The notes under the pieces are model-generated. The model saw only the letters and a list, made by a program, of their open reading frames with translations. It made no database searches and was not told the DNA's origin. A stretch of 64,000 nucleotides of DNA, taken from assembly GCF_036321535.1 (NCBI RefSeq), contig NC_087437.1, forward strand, positions 10,418,001 to 10,482,000, given 5' to 3'. Position 1 is the stretch's first letter. Every line of letters begins with the position of its first letter. This document shows, one piece after another, positions 39,771 to 53,282 of this stretch. This DNA comes from Camelus dromedarius (Eukaryota). The translations under genes were made by a program, and so were the position numbers.

Positions 39771-40944
39771 ATCCTGACTGACCTGGAGAAAACATGCACC
39801 CGATTTATAATAATCTTAATCGACTTAGTTCTTAAGGTACTTTTATTCATGCAAAGTAAAATTCAATTTAATTTATTGGTTCCTTTAATTTTTTGGTTCA
39901 CCTCTTCTTCAGCATGGGAGAGGAATGTGCATTATCATGGTGAAGTCTAACATGTCATCCCTTTGGAGCAAAGGCACTCTGCCCTGATGGAACTATAGGA
40001 GATTCCTGCAGGGAAACCTAGTTTCCCTCTCTAATTTGTTCTGAAAAGGCCAAAGATCCAGATAGTTGAATGTGGTTGAATGGATAGTTAATCTAAGTAA
40101 AATTATGCAAGACATCATGCTACACAGGATAATGGTTTATGGTTTTAATTTCTGGAACTGTTCTAAATAAGATTTGAAAACTTCTTGGAACATTAAGGTA
40201 CTTATTGGTTTTATTTCAAAGCACATGAGCTCTTGAAAAAAACTTACTTCCAATCCACTTCCTAATTCTGTGGTTATAGTACATTTGAGCCACACACTCA
40301 ACAGTGTGATAAAAATCAAATGGCATTTGTTTATTCAGAGACCACAAATGGCTTTCTTGATATGAAAGTAAACATTGAAAAGTTCTAGCCTGAAGGATTG
40401 CTTTTTAACTTTTCTTGGAAGAGCCACTTTTAGGACTCCAAGAAATGTGGACATTGGAAAACTACTCCTTCGTCTGAATAGGCCAATAAAGGCGTCTAAA
40501 TTTCCCAGATGCATGGAAAAAACGGAAGTAGGAGTTTTCCAGCACATAGATGGTGCTTCAAACAGACATTATATTTTTCTCTACAAGAATCGAACACTAT
40601 GACTTAATTTTACCTGTTTAACATCCAAGATCTGTTTTAGGTTTTTGGCAGCTAACATATGCTCTCCCATGGCAACTGCATAATAACATCATACAGTTTG
40701 AAGAGGAGAAAAAAGAATTCAAAACCTTTCAGAACCAATTACTTCATGAAACTATTTTACAAGTGTCTTTTTATTTTACAACAGTTTTAAAGAATCTATT
40801 TGAGCAATTTATACCTATCACCATGTGTAACACTGAACAAAAACACGTTTTTCACAAAGAACTATGAAGAAGATATCCAGGCTTCTTCAGAGAACTGATA
40901 ATGGATATTCTTAAGCAGAATCAAAACCAGCACTAAACAGATGG

Positions 40945-41085
40945 GTCAGGATTTGAGTTTTAGCCTTGGCTGAGTTAACCAACGAGATGAATAACCTTGA
41001 CAAGTTATTTTCTGTTTTGGGCTTTAGTTTCCCCATCTGTAAAAGCAAGTGATTTAAATCAATCTCCCCGAGTACTTCTAGCCCT
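40945..41085 (+). mobile_element. MIR SINE
   Basis: 'accttgacaagttattttc...gggctttagtttccccatctgtaaaa'. Confidence 0.75.
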
Positions 41086-42324
41086 GAAGGCAATGATGAC
41101 TAAAGCTTGGCATTTATTGTGGTTCTTAATAGTATTACTTCTAACCTCCCAACCTCATTCCTATGCATGGTAGAATGCCAGAGAAAAAAATCACAGTAAA
41201 TCAGACATGAATTTGATTCTCCCCCTCTAATCTGGAAGGAGTCATCAAGATATTGCTGGACCACAGAGAGACAGCATTTCTTTGTCCCTTTTCCAGCACT
41301 TCATACAGGATTAGACCTAAGTCCATTCTCAACTTATCTAACTACGTTATTTGAAAGAGTAGAACTGAAGAATGATTTTTTAAAAGAACTTAGGACCACT
41401 GAGAGTCTTATGAGTCAACACATTGAAGATTGCAGAAACCACCTTGCCTAAAGCACAATGCCTAGGAGCTCTATAACCTGTCCTAAAAAAGGATGTGGAG
41501 TTACTAGAACTTTCAGATTTGGCAGACGGAAGGAAAACATGGTCCTGCTTTGGAGAGTTGTTTGGCTGATTCTTATAAAGCTAAGCAAACACGTAACCAT
41601 CTGTGATTCAAACAGAATACAGCTGTTAGAATCACAGTGTTTCACAAAAACATAATATAACAGTAAACCCTTCAAGTAAAATGTCTAACACAAGGGTTCT
41701 GAAAAAGTTTGGTTGTAATACTAAGCATCAAATGATGATTGCATCACAAACTTAAATATGTAGATTCTTCGAAAAAGAACACAGTAAGCAGACAATCTTT
41801 TAGAACAACAATTAGGAAGAATTAAGAGTGTGAGAAAATGACTTATAAACTCAATTTCTTAAATGACCAGGCTGGGGAGCTTTGTGAAGATGACTTAAAA
41901 CAGTCAACATTTTCTCATATCAATAAGGACTATCCAAGCAAAAAGAAAACAATTAAGCAGACTATCTTTTCTTTTATATTATGAAAGGCCCTCCAGGAGG
42001 TAAGGGGCCCCAGAGAGGAGCTGATGGTATAAGAAATAATTAAAAGCAATGAAGCACATACTGCATAATGGCTATTTTCTAGGAATTTTTTTTTTTTTTG
42101 CTTTACCTCAGAGCATTAAAGGAAACAAAGACAATAGTGATATCCTTGAGCAAGAATTCTTGACTTTTCAGTCATCTTATGCAAAATAATAAATCCAGAA
42201 AGAGAGAAGCTTCAGTAAAAGTAAGAATAGGAAGTTGTTTGACAATTTCTCAGACCTGCCAACAACAGTAATGAATTGTGAAAAAATCAGACAACATCCA
42301 AACATTTTATATTTTTACAAGAAA

Positions 42325-43130
42325 TAAACTCCAAACTCTTCCCCCAGCTTTAAACGCCCATCACAGCTTGGCTTTGGTTCACTTCTTGGCCTCATCTTTG
42401 TGCCACTCTCCTTGTCACCCACTGGGTTCCAGAATGTTCCTAGGACTCCCTCCACTTGGTCCAGCTTCCAGGTTGTTGCACCAGCCTCGCCCTGTGCCTG
42501 CAGTGCCCTGTCCCCCATCCCAGCATGATGTTTTTGTATTCCAGCTCTCAGCTTAAAGTTGTCTTCTGTGATCACCCAATCTAAAGAAGCCCACTCCCTA
42601 CATAAGGGGAAGACTTAACATATTTGGGGTTTTTTTTAATGTTTGTTTGTTTTTATGTAGTTTATTGGGTTTGGGTTTTTTTTTGTTTATTTTCTCTCTA
42701 CACCAAGCTAGAATTTAGTCTCCATGAAACTAGTAACTTATTTGTTTTGTGCCTGATACTATTAAAGAAAAAATTATTTGTTAAAAGTAGTAAGGAAGAC
42801 TTTTTATTCAGGACTACTGCAATAGGGTATTGCAAAAGAGAGACATGGAGCTTAACTCCAAATACAGCGAAGATAGTGGGGGTTTTATAGTCTGGGAGCA
42901 TGCTGAGGTGGGGGAAAATTACTAAGAGGAGACATCAAGGGTAGGGAGGATGACTTAGCAGGATTCTGTGCGAAGATTGAGTTGGGAAGACCAAAGACAG
43001 AATGGGGACCAAGATTACAGATTAGTCAAGAAGAGGGCTTGGAGGAGCCTAACTAAAGTTTGGTCAAGAAGAGAGTTTTTGCCAGCATATAACAGAATCT
43101 CAAAAATTATTGACTAAATGAATGCATGAA
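42325..43130 (+). mobile_element. LINE-2 3' end interrupted by an LTR
   Basis: 'tctcagcttaaagttgtcttc', 'ctagaatttagtctccatgaa'; resumes after the LTR with 'tattgactaaatgaatgcatgaa'. Confidence 0.65.
42754..43084 (-). mobile_element. ERV1 solo LTR (MER31/MER67-like)
   Basis: Minus strand starts 'tggcaaaaactctcttcttgaccaaactttagttaggctcctcc'; contains 'gcagtagtcctgaataaa'. Confidence 0.8.
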
Positions 43131-43167
43131 CAAATTCTCTCCTTCAAAAAGATTTGCTATTTAAAAT

Positions 43168-43658
43168 CTTTTTTAAATTGAAGCATAGTTGATTGACAAT
43201 GTTGTGTGTAGTTTCTGGTGTATAGCATAGTGACTTAGTTATACATATATAAATATATTCTTTTTCATTAGAGGTTATTACAAGATATTGAATGCAGTTT
43301 GCTGTGCTATACATTAGGACCTTGTTGTTTACCTCTTTTATATATAGTAGTTTATATCTGCTAATTCCAAACTCCTAATTTATTCCTCTCCCCCTCCCCC
43401 CTTTGGTAACTGTAAGTTTGTTTTCTATGTCTGTGAGTCTCTCTCTGTTTTGTAAATAAATTCATTTGTACCATTTTCTTTAGATTCCTCACATAAGTGA
43501 TATCATATGATATGACTTTCTTTCGCTGTCTGACTTACTTCACTTAGTATAATCTCTAGGTCCACCCATGTTGTTCAAATAGCATTATTTCATTCTTTTT
43601 ATGGCTGAGTAATACTCCATTGTAGATGTATACCACATCTTAGCTCAATCATTTGTTG
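43168..43658 (-). mobile_element. 5'-truncated L1 3' end
   Basis: Same 3' UTR type as 13512-14033; 'tatttaaa' direct repeat in both flanks. Confidence 0.93.
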
Positions 43659-46600
43659 ATATTTAAATTTTTAATTGCTTTACTTTTCCATTTCAACTTG
43701 CTATCATAATTGCTGTTAACAACAGGGATAAACATGGAAAGAAAGCCAGAAAAGAAACTCTCTACTCCTTTGCAAAGTAGAATGCATAAATCTTCACAAT
43801 TAGTGGTACCTTTTGTTCTGATCTTTATTCCTCAAACATTTATTGAGAGCTCACTCTGATGCACTGGTTACTCTTCCAGGCCTGGACAGACAAATCCAAA
43901 GGACACATCCCTGCCTTCAAGTTCATTTTCACTGTCTGCTGAGTGACAAACACATGGATAGAGTAGGGTACAGGGAAAGGAGTAGCTGAGATGGGTAAAG
44001 GGCAGCAAGGACCCCTCCTGAAATGAGGCCAACAGGAGAAAGACTCAGGAGGAGAAAAGTGTGATGAGAACTTTCCAAGTGAAATGCCCTGTCACACCCC
44101 TTCTGTGGGAAACCCTGCCTGCCTTCCACAAAATTCCAAGCCCCAGAACATCCCTGGTGTGATTCCATGTCCTGCGGGAGTCAACAAAGGGGCCAGGCGA
44201 GGCCAAAAGTTTGTACAGGGCTTAGACTCAGCCAGGTCGACAGAAGGGCAGCTGCCCTTCTGGGTTATGTTAATAAATTGGAAATGCATGATTATAAGTA
44301 AGAAAAACATTTAGTTCCACTACTCCAGGACTGATGTCAAAGGGGGAAAAATGGCATAGATGCCCATGAGGACGTCATTATTCTTCCTGATGAATCCAGA
44401 GGGGTGAGGAAGAAACATGGCCCCACATGCATGCACTGCTGCCCCCGAAGGCCGACCATGTGCATTGCAATCTCAGTGGCTCTAGCGAGAGGGCAAGACA
44501 TCAGAGGCCAAAGCTGAGATGCTGTCTCCCGATGCTGCCTTCTGAGCATGCTCCTAGCATCAGCGGCACCCTCAGCAGTAACGAAGTTTAATTACCAAAC
44601 TGAAAATAATGTGTATTTTTAAATTTTAATATAACCCATATCCGAGGCTATCATGATATTTCCCAATAAATGGAGAAAAAGCTTTTCCAATTTTTAAATT
44701 TGATCTCGGAAGCGTAACTGAAAGCTAACTAGGTGATCTCAAACAGTAAAAGCAAAAAGGCTGATAAAGAGAAGACTAGATCAATGTAAGCGAGGTGATA
44801 CATGGTGGCAATGATTTCCAACACATGTTCATTAAAAAATTGTGCTAATTGGAAGCTTTGCTTCCTCCAAGTGAAGGCAACTATTAAGAAGTTGATGACA
44901 GCAGAATCAGGCACCGGAACCCCACAAGGAAATTACAGATGTAATAGATACCTCTGGGTGCATGCAAGACTTTTAAATCTAAATTGAATCTTTATTTAGA
45001 AATCAATTTATGTGGGTACACTCTTTGCCCAAGGGTATTTGTTTGCTATTTTATGAATGTTTCAAGCTAGCAGTTTTTTTCTTAGGGTTGTAAATGCCTC
45101 TGACTAAATAAAAGATAAGGATAGATTTGTACAATAAACATGTCTCTGAGATTATCTATTTATTCATCCATTACAATGTGCAGACTTTATGTAAAACAGT
45201 TATTTAAGTATTATACTATTCTATGAAGTAACATTGTCTATAAATGACCTATTTTCCCCTGTGTTCTCCAAAGGAGTTAAAATAGTGAGACTTTAATTTC
45301 TCTCAGGCATTATGAGGTTAGTCTGAATCCCCACTTTGAGCCTCTCCTTTCCAAATAAGGTAAAGTCTACTCAAATTTATTTAATCTGTTTTACTTACAG
45401 CAAAATACTACATAATTTATTTCAAAGGAAAAGATAGACATGTCTATCTAAAGCTTTAGCAATTGCTCCTTTTTAAACATTTCCATTTCCTGAAAAAAAA
45501 AAAAAAACAATGGGGCCATAACTCAGGCAGAATTAGCTGTAAACAAAGGCTGGCAGGGCAGGGGGGAGGGGTGGCGGGAGGACGGAGGAGTTGCTCCCTG
45601 AGTCGAATAGAAGCAAGGTTAGGGAACTGCTTCAGCCTGGGGTGAGCACTGAAGCTGACGGTCAGCAGTCCACACTACAGATTTCTTAAGAAGAGAGTGA
45701 ATTTGATGTGGTTGGCATGGATACCCAAGGAGCCTACTTAGCACTTTCACTTATCAGCAGCTCAGGAAAGTCAACGGATGACAGTCTCATGAAACTGTGG
45801 TCCATCTGGTTTGGAAAAAGATTCCAACGAATAGCAGGGAGTATGGAGATCCACCACTCAGCAAACGTAGATTTGTCAGTGGGATTTAGGGCAAGATTAA
45901 GTCCCAATAATTTTCTGTTAGGAATCAAGGAAGAAGCACATTCCTGTTGGCTGGACAAGGTGAAAGCAGAGGAACTTGGGCACAAGGGATCTGAGCATCC
46001 ATGAGCTCCACAACCTCTCAACTGTACATAACCACTGGTGTGGACAGGTTCGTAACTCAGGTGCCTGCCTTGATCAAAGTCAATCCCCCAAATGCAGAGG
46101 ATTAATCAATTGTGCTGCCTCTTGGGTTCCCTGGGATGTTGCAACAGGTAGACTTTGCAAAAGGAAATGAGAAAAACTCAACTATCTGAAGAGAAAATAA
46201 CATGGAAATCAATGCAATAGCTATACCCAATAATAAGGCAATAATTTTTTAAATGAATATCTTTCACTGTAACTACCTGGGATTCAAAGAGATGCAGTGT
46301 ATTAGCCGCTCTCCCCCAGATGTCAGGGCTTAGAAACAGCCTTCAAGGCCCAATTTCTCTTGATCATTGAGTTTCATATTTAAGGTTCTCTTTTCCAGTA
46401 GAACTCCTGCTGTGCTTGAGAATTTCTAAATTACATTTGCAAGTTTTCTGCTATCATGGCAGAATACTACAGAAAGTAATTATGGAGCTAATAAAAACAA
46501 TGAAAAACTTTTTTTTTTTTATTTTCCCCAAAGCATACAATAATGCGAAGTTGTAAACACAGACATAAATGATTTGCTCCACATTTGTCTCAGAAAATTA

Positions 46601-48255
46601 AAATGCCATCTTCCCTTTGTGAAGAAAATGGAGACAGTAAAGATAGAACACAACAAATTAATGAAGTAAGGCAAGAGATTGAATTTCAATCCAAAATCAC
46701 TGGTGGGATTAATTAAAAGCAAAAATTTGACAAATCTAAGTAATTTCCAAAATTGTTTGTTGTTTGTAATTAACATTATAGCGAATGTTTGTGGTAGAAA
46801 TCTTGGAAAACATAGAAAATACCAAAAAGAATTTTTTTTAAAAAAATCCAACATCAAAATTAGACAAAATTCATCTGAGGACACATTTTTTTCTATTCAT
46901 ATGTAAAAGCATTTTCAAACTTGGGGAATCATAGTATACTTAATGTTTTTGTAAACTGCTTTTTCCTCAAACAGAGATTGTGAAATTTTCATGTCATTGA
47001 ATAGTCTTTTACAGCATTATTTCTGTTCATTATACAGTATTTCATTATAAGAATAAACTATGATATATTTTACTAATCCCCTATTGTTGGATATATAGTT
47101 TGTTTCCAATTTGTCCTTATTGTGCACTCTACTTTAATAAATTTTCTTCTACATTTATCTTTGTGCACAAACATAACTATTTCCTTAAGTCATATCCTTG
47201 AAAGTAACATTGCTGTATTAAAGGATACAAAAATGTAAGCTTTTTGCTTCATGTTGCCAAACTGTTTTCCAAAAATTTTGTACCAACTTATACTTGCCCT
47301 CCCCACCACCATAAATGAGAGTTTATTTCCTGGTGCCACAGATCACATTGGCTTTATTACTTCTAATTATCTTCAAATTGATAAAGTGAAAATAATATCC
47401 TTTTGTATTTTCATTTCTCTAACTACCAGTCATGCTATTTCTTCATATTTATCAGTCATACGAATTTCTTGTTTTGCAAATTGCCTGTCCATTTCTCTAC
47501 TGGATTGTTCAATTTTTCCTTACATAGGAATGTTCTATCTAGATTATTAAGCTTTTTCAATAACATAATATAGATGTTTTTATCCAGTTTATCACATGAA
47601 TTTCAATTATCTTTCTGATGCTTTTTGAGAGACAGATTCTTTTCATTTTTAGATAGTTAAACATACTGATAGTTTCTAATCTTTTACTTTGTTTATAAAG
47701 CTTAGAATGGTTTTTCCCAACCCAAGATCAAAACTTGCTTGCATTGTCTTCTTTGGTTCTTTCATGAGTTTAATTTTTTACATTTGGTCCATAATCCACC
47801 TGGAATTTCCTTTGGCAATGAAGATTTTAACTGTATTCCTTTCCATAGAATGAAAAACTTGACCAAGTATCTTCTATGTCTGTGACTTTTAAAATTCCTT
47901 TTTGAAACAGTGGAATGCCTTCTCCAAGTGAAATCTGACATGAGAAGCCATTGTACGTATCACAAGTAAAAGTGGAGCTGTGTCCATTGAACCAGAGGCA
48001 GGGACCAGAGAACAAGGAAGGGATATCCTGCACCAGCCAGCAAGACATCACAGAGCACCGTTTGCAAGTCATTTCTTTCTCCCCACAGATTTGGAATGTC
48101 ACTATTATGTTATATGATCTACATAACTTGGGTCCATTTGAACCTTTCTACTTTGTTCTGGTCATCTGTTCGTATATGTTTTATCTAGCACCCTATTATT
48201 TTAAGTATTGTATCTCTGACATGCTCTCATACCCACACTGTACACACACACTCTC

Positions 48256-48261
<6 letters not shown>

Positions 48262-48306
<45 letters not shown>
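48262..48306. repeat. Compound (CT)n(CA)n microsatellite
   Basis: Directly visible. Confidence 0.95.
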
Positions 48307-48615
48307 TATTCTTTCTCAATAATTTCTTGGATACTGTATCCACTTATTTTTCCATGTAAACTTTTTAATGAATTCATTTCCCCCAAAGCTGCCAATAATA
48401 TTTCAGGAGGATTACATCAAATTTAGAAATTATTTTGGGGCTAATTAACATTCTAATTTTAAGTCTTTTGATCATAATCCATAATATACTTTTTCATATT
48501 TCAACTCAGCTTTTCCTTTAATGAAGTTTACAGGAGTTTTATACACCTCTTATCATGTTTTTAACTAAGCATTTTATATCTCATTTGTTATTGGAATCAT
48601 TACAGTACATTTTCT

Positions 48616-48869
48616 TTTTTAAATTTTATTTTATTGAGTTATAGTCAGTTTACAATGTTGTGTCAATTTCCAGTGTAGAGCACAATTTTTCAGTTATACA
48701 TGAACATATATATATTCATAGAGACATTTTTTTCTCTGTGAGCTACCACAAGATCTTGTATATATTTCCCTGTGCTATCCAGTATAATCTTGTTTATCTA
48801 TTCTATATGTACCTGTCAGTATCTACAAATTTCGAACTCCCAGTCTGTCCCTTCCCACCCCACTCCCCA
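48616..48869 (-). mobile_element. Young L1 3' tip nested in the ancient L1
   Basis: Perfect 14-bp TSD acagtacattttct (48602-48615 / 48870-48883). Confidence 0.95.
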
Positions 48870-50149
48870 ACAGTACATTTTCTGTATGGTTATTATCAAT
48901 TGATAGAAAAGCTATTGATCTTTTTCTGATTCTTTTAATGATTTAAAAAAAAATTGTTGATTCTTTGGGGTCAGTAATCACATCACCATCAAAGGATAAT
49001 CTGGCCTATGCTTCTTATTTCTTTTTCAAATCTAATGGCATTGGCTGAACATTCCAGAAGAACGTTGTCTAGGAAAGCTGCCAGTGAGAATCCTTCTTTT
49101 AACTCTGACTTTGACAGGGATGCTTACAGTGGAAGTCATTGAACATCATATACACTGTTTATCTGAAAGAAGCATTCCAAGATATTGATAAGAATGTAGA
49201 TTTTTATCACAAGTGTGGTAAGAGTTAAAAAAATAGATGTTGATTTTTATCAAATCCTTTTATTAAATCTCAGCATCTGACTTTTTTCTCCTTTCAACTA
49301 TTTATGTGATTAATTACATTGATATACTTTCTCATTATCAAGTCATTTCTGAATTTCTAGAAGTTATTGCTTAATTATATATGACTTTCAATATAGTGCT
49401 GTGTTTTATTTGTGAGAATCTTATTTAAGAAGATTCTGCATCTGTTTCTAAGGGAGAAATGAGCTGATGATGTTTGAGTCTTGAATCTTTGTCAGGTTTT
49501 TGTATTAATGTCAAGTTAGCTTCAAAAAATGATTTAGGAAGTTAAATCTAGTGTGATGATTTTAGTAAATTATGTGCTTCTAGGGTAAATTGCAAACACC
49601 CTGTTCATTACCAGTAAAAGATGAAATATTCCATTTATATCAATGAAACAAAGTTTCCCCAGCAAGGTTAGGCAATAAGTGGTCTGAGAGTCGATGGTAA
49701 AGACTTTGAGTACAGCCAACATAGAAACCTACCAGTGGAGTCTACCATAAAAAATGAGTATTGAATTCCAATGCTCAGTGCTCACGTTGATACAATTTGC
49801 AGGGCTAGCATGCTTGAAAGGGTTGTAGTAGTATAAGGATCATTGAAAATATAAAAGCTCAAGTCATTGGTAAAGCAAAGTTAACAAAATGGAAATAAGC
49901 AAGTTAAATTCCATTTGGCAAAGATCTACTGAGTACAGTTATTTTACCAGACACTATCCTAAATGCTTTAGGATAGTCTCAAAATTCCGCTTGGGATACT
50001 TTGTTAAAAGCAAGATTCCTGAGCCCCAACCCCATTTTGGTTGACTTCTTGAACCCAAATTACAAGAGGGGCGTCTAAATTGTCTGTTTTTTAATAGGCA
50101 TTCAGGTCATTCTCATCATCTGTAAAGTTGAGGAAACGCTTGCTGTAGG

Positions 50150-51350
50150 AGACTCGGAAATCAGTGGGATGTTTCCAGTGGCCTCACCAACTGTGCTGCA
50201 GAGCCCCGGTCCCTGGGACGTGAGCCGGGCATCCAAGATCTAGACACTCAGAAGTCTCGGCCCCCATACGGGCCTGAGGGGACACCCCTGAACCACTGAC
50301 AGTTCAGTAGCAGCTCCCTGGAAGGACGCAGGGATGCAATCGGTTGTAAGTAGGGGCAGTGGAATTTGTCTTACAACTTTATTGCTTAGCAGACTCACTC
50401 TTTGTACTTAATTGTATGTTTAAGTGGAGTGGCTTTGGGAGGCTGATGGAAATTACAGAGAGGCTGAAGCCGTCCTAAGCCATCGTTTGGCATCCTCACT
50501 GCTAGAGGAGTTGAGCCCGTCTCCCAAAATAGATTTAGACAAAAACAGCCTTCCTGGGGAAAAAAAAAAAAAAAGGAAAAAAGCAAGCCTTCCCCCTGGG
50601 ACAATTCGGAATGGAAACAGGAAGATGCAAGTGAAAGCAGCGAAGCAGCAGCTTCAGAAGGTCACGGGGAATGTGACTGAGTGGGCTGGGTGAAGTGAAC
50701 AGCGCATGCGCAGAGGAGTGGGGCAGGGGGAGCGCAAAAGTGAGAAGCTGCGACTGTGACACAAGGAATGTGGGGTGGAGCAGAGGAACCAGGAGAATCT
50801 AGAGGCAGCAGTGTCAGGAGCGGAGGAGGGGAGGGCCAGCAAAAGAGAGGAAGGATGACGTAAGGGTGTGGTCCAGCTGCTCCGACCCTTCTCAGCGGGA
50901 AGGCTGGCTCACTGCCTATTTTCTGTCCGTCACCTGAGCTAACTCAGCCAAGAGAGGAAGAGTATTAGCAAGCTTAGCCCCAAGGAGGGACCCCTAGAGC
51001 TATCCCCTGGGCATTGCTCAGCTCTGCAGTGTGCCCAGGGTGAATCCTAGACATCCCAGTGACCACCAAGCTGTCACCTTCCCCTAACCAGGCTGACTCA
51101 CCAGTCTTCTCATGCTCATCCCAGCTCCTCCAAACGAGTAAGCAGCTGTCTACTTTTTCCCTGCCTCTCCTAGGAAGCAATCGATCTAGACAAGAAAGGG
51201 CATAGAGCTGCAGCTCCGCAGAGCCGGGTTGGCGATCGCTTTCTGGTGCTCTGCACTTGAGGGCCAGTCAGCTTGACTAGAGGAGCGAGAATCGGCCACC
51301 TCTTCTGGAGGTCTCAGCTGCTCCGCCATAGGGCAGCGTCCTTGAGAACA
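50150..51350. promoter_or_regulatory. CpG-enriched non-repeat region, putative promoter/enhancer
   Basis: Locally raised GC and CpG; NRF1-type palindrome GCGCATGCGC (50702-50711); CRE-like ATGACGTAA (50855-50863); G-rich boxes. Confidence 0.5.
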
Positions 51351-51364
51351 CCCTTGGGACTGAG

Positions 51365-51540
51365 CAGGGCTTCTCAGAGTGCTTTGCTGGGATCTGTAGC
51401 ATCCACATCACCTGGGAATTTGTTAGAAATGCACAGTCTTGACCCTGGCCTAGGCCTACTGAATCAGAAACTCCACAGGCAGGGCCCAGCAACACCGTAT
51501 TAACAAGGCCCCTGGGTGATTCTGATTGGGCTGAAATTTG
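51365..51540. mobile_element. MER5A hAT-Charlie MITE
   Basis: 'catcacctgggaatttgttagaaatgca...cctactgaatcagaaactc...ggtgattctgat'. Confidence 0.9.
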
Positions 51541-51699
51541 GCCTATAGGAAGGCCGGATTGATGCTCAGTACTCCTTTCTCTGGCCCTTCTGGGTATCAC
51601 CTTGAAGTAATCATCCCTGAGTTCCACTGGTGACTTGGTCCTGCTCACCCCATCCATTCTCATTGGCACCGGTCCCTCCTCTGAAGGAGGCGGTGGTCC

Positions 51700-52680
51700 A
51701 GCCCCTCACAGTCAAGTAAGAACACCCGGTTCTGATCCCACACTTTCATCTGCAGAGTCAGATAGGATCTTCTAAATCCCATGTAATTCCCAGCAAGCCT
51801 CCCCCTCCAAACCCCCCCTCAAAATTCACAACCTCCAACTATTATCTTCACTGTGACTCTCCATGCTAATTTCATCACACCTTTACTCCTTCATCCTTGG
51901 ACTCTAGACCCCATACAGACCTGCACACCCCATTTCCTGACACCAGTTCCCACCTCTCCCTAACTCCCCACAACACAACCACAAGGCCCTCTAGAATTCA
52001 CCATTCATCATCAAGCAAGACCCTCTAAAACCTGCCTCCTCTCTCAGTGTCTGCTTTACATTGTTGCCACTGAAGTCTCTAGCTTCAGGGGTTTTGAGTG
52101 ATGACCCTCGTGCCACTGCCCTGAGTTTGAAGCAGGTGTCCCTGTGCCCTTCCCTGCCACTCCCAGCCCATTCTCATGCCTTCCCCTTGAGCACGCCAAG
52201 CTTTAAGTCTCATCTCACTGTAACACCCATTTCCCCTCCTTATATAGTCATCTGCCCACCTCCAAGTGACTCCAACCACTCTTTGAAGATTTTAGCTGTT
52301 TCACAGCACTGCAGTGACAATGTCTCAGGAATTTCACACACATAGGATCTCTTCACTACCCTTCAATGGTCTTATTATGACCTGACCTTGACCACTCACT
52401 TCCATGGTCATATCCTAGATCTTGTAATTGCCAGTGACTCACTCCCTCTGTGATTTCAGTCCCATGCATCCCACTCTGGTCCTCATTTCCTATCTTTCCA
52501 GCTCACTTTTAGCTCAATTCCAACAGTGCTCTGATCCCAGCAGAACCTCATCTACCTCATGTAGTCCCTTCCCTTCTTAACCAGCCTAAGATTCATGATC
52601 TGTCCTCTTAGTCACTTGCACACACCCTCAACTGTCTTGTCCCTCTCTCACCTCGGGCTCTCAGTAGTGGAAACTGCAAC
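51700..52680 (+). mobile_element. LINE-2 5' region (apurinic endonuclease domain remnant)
   Basis: 52391-52429 translates to TTHFHGHILDLVI, the L2/CR1 APE 'TH..G..LDL' motif; C-rich sense texture. Confidence 0.75.
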
Positions 52681-52852
52681 GCTGTTCAAATACAACCCTG
52701 CAACCATGGTAACTCATCTTCCTGGAAATACATGGGCTCTTAATGCTGCCCATAGGTAATACTGTACTTCTCCTGTCCATTCCCAGCAATGTCTTATTCC
52801 ATTGTGTGTATATATCACATCCTCCATAAAGGAAGAGGTCAGAAATCCTAAA

Positions 52853-53282
52853 GAAGTGCTCTTCAAGAAATATAATGTGAGCTGTCAATGTAAACCACCC
52901 ATCTGATTTTAAACTTTCTAGTAGCCATGTTTAAAAAGAAAAAGGTAAAATTGTGTTAATTAAACTCAGTTTATCCAAATATTATCATTTCAATATTGTC
53001 CTCAACATGACACTATGTTTCAAACAATATTATATCAATTGCTGAGACAATTCACATTCCTTTTTTCATGCTAGGTCTTTGAAATATAATGTATGTTTTA
53101 AACTCACAGCACATGTTAGTTTGGTTTGTTTGTTTGTTTGGTTGGTTGGTTGGGGTTTTTTCTTTTTTTTTTTTATTTTTCTGTTTCTTTTTTTTTCTTA
53201 GTGCATGTTAATTTGGGCCAGCCACATTTCAGGTGCTCAGTAGCCACGTGTGGCTATTGGCCACCATACTGGACAGTGCAGG
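52853..53282. mobile_element. MER33/MER3-like hAT-Charlie element with an internal T-rich tract
   Basis: 'ttttaaactttctagtagcca', 'agccacatttcaggtgctcagtagccacgtgtggcta...tggacagtgcag'. Confidence 0.88.

Larger units (their letters stand above)
46900..49545 (-). mobile_element. Ancient L1 (L1ME/L1MC-like) with nested insertions
   Basis: 'tcccctattgttggatat', 'ttgccaaactgttttccaaaaa', 'ttcccaacccaagatc', 'ttggctgaacattccag', 'gatgttgatttttatcaaat'. Confidence 0.8.
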
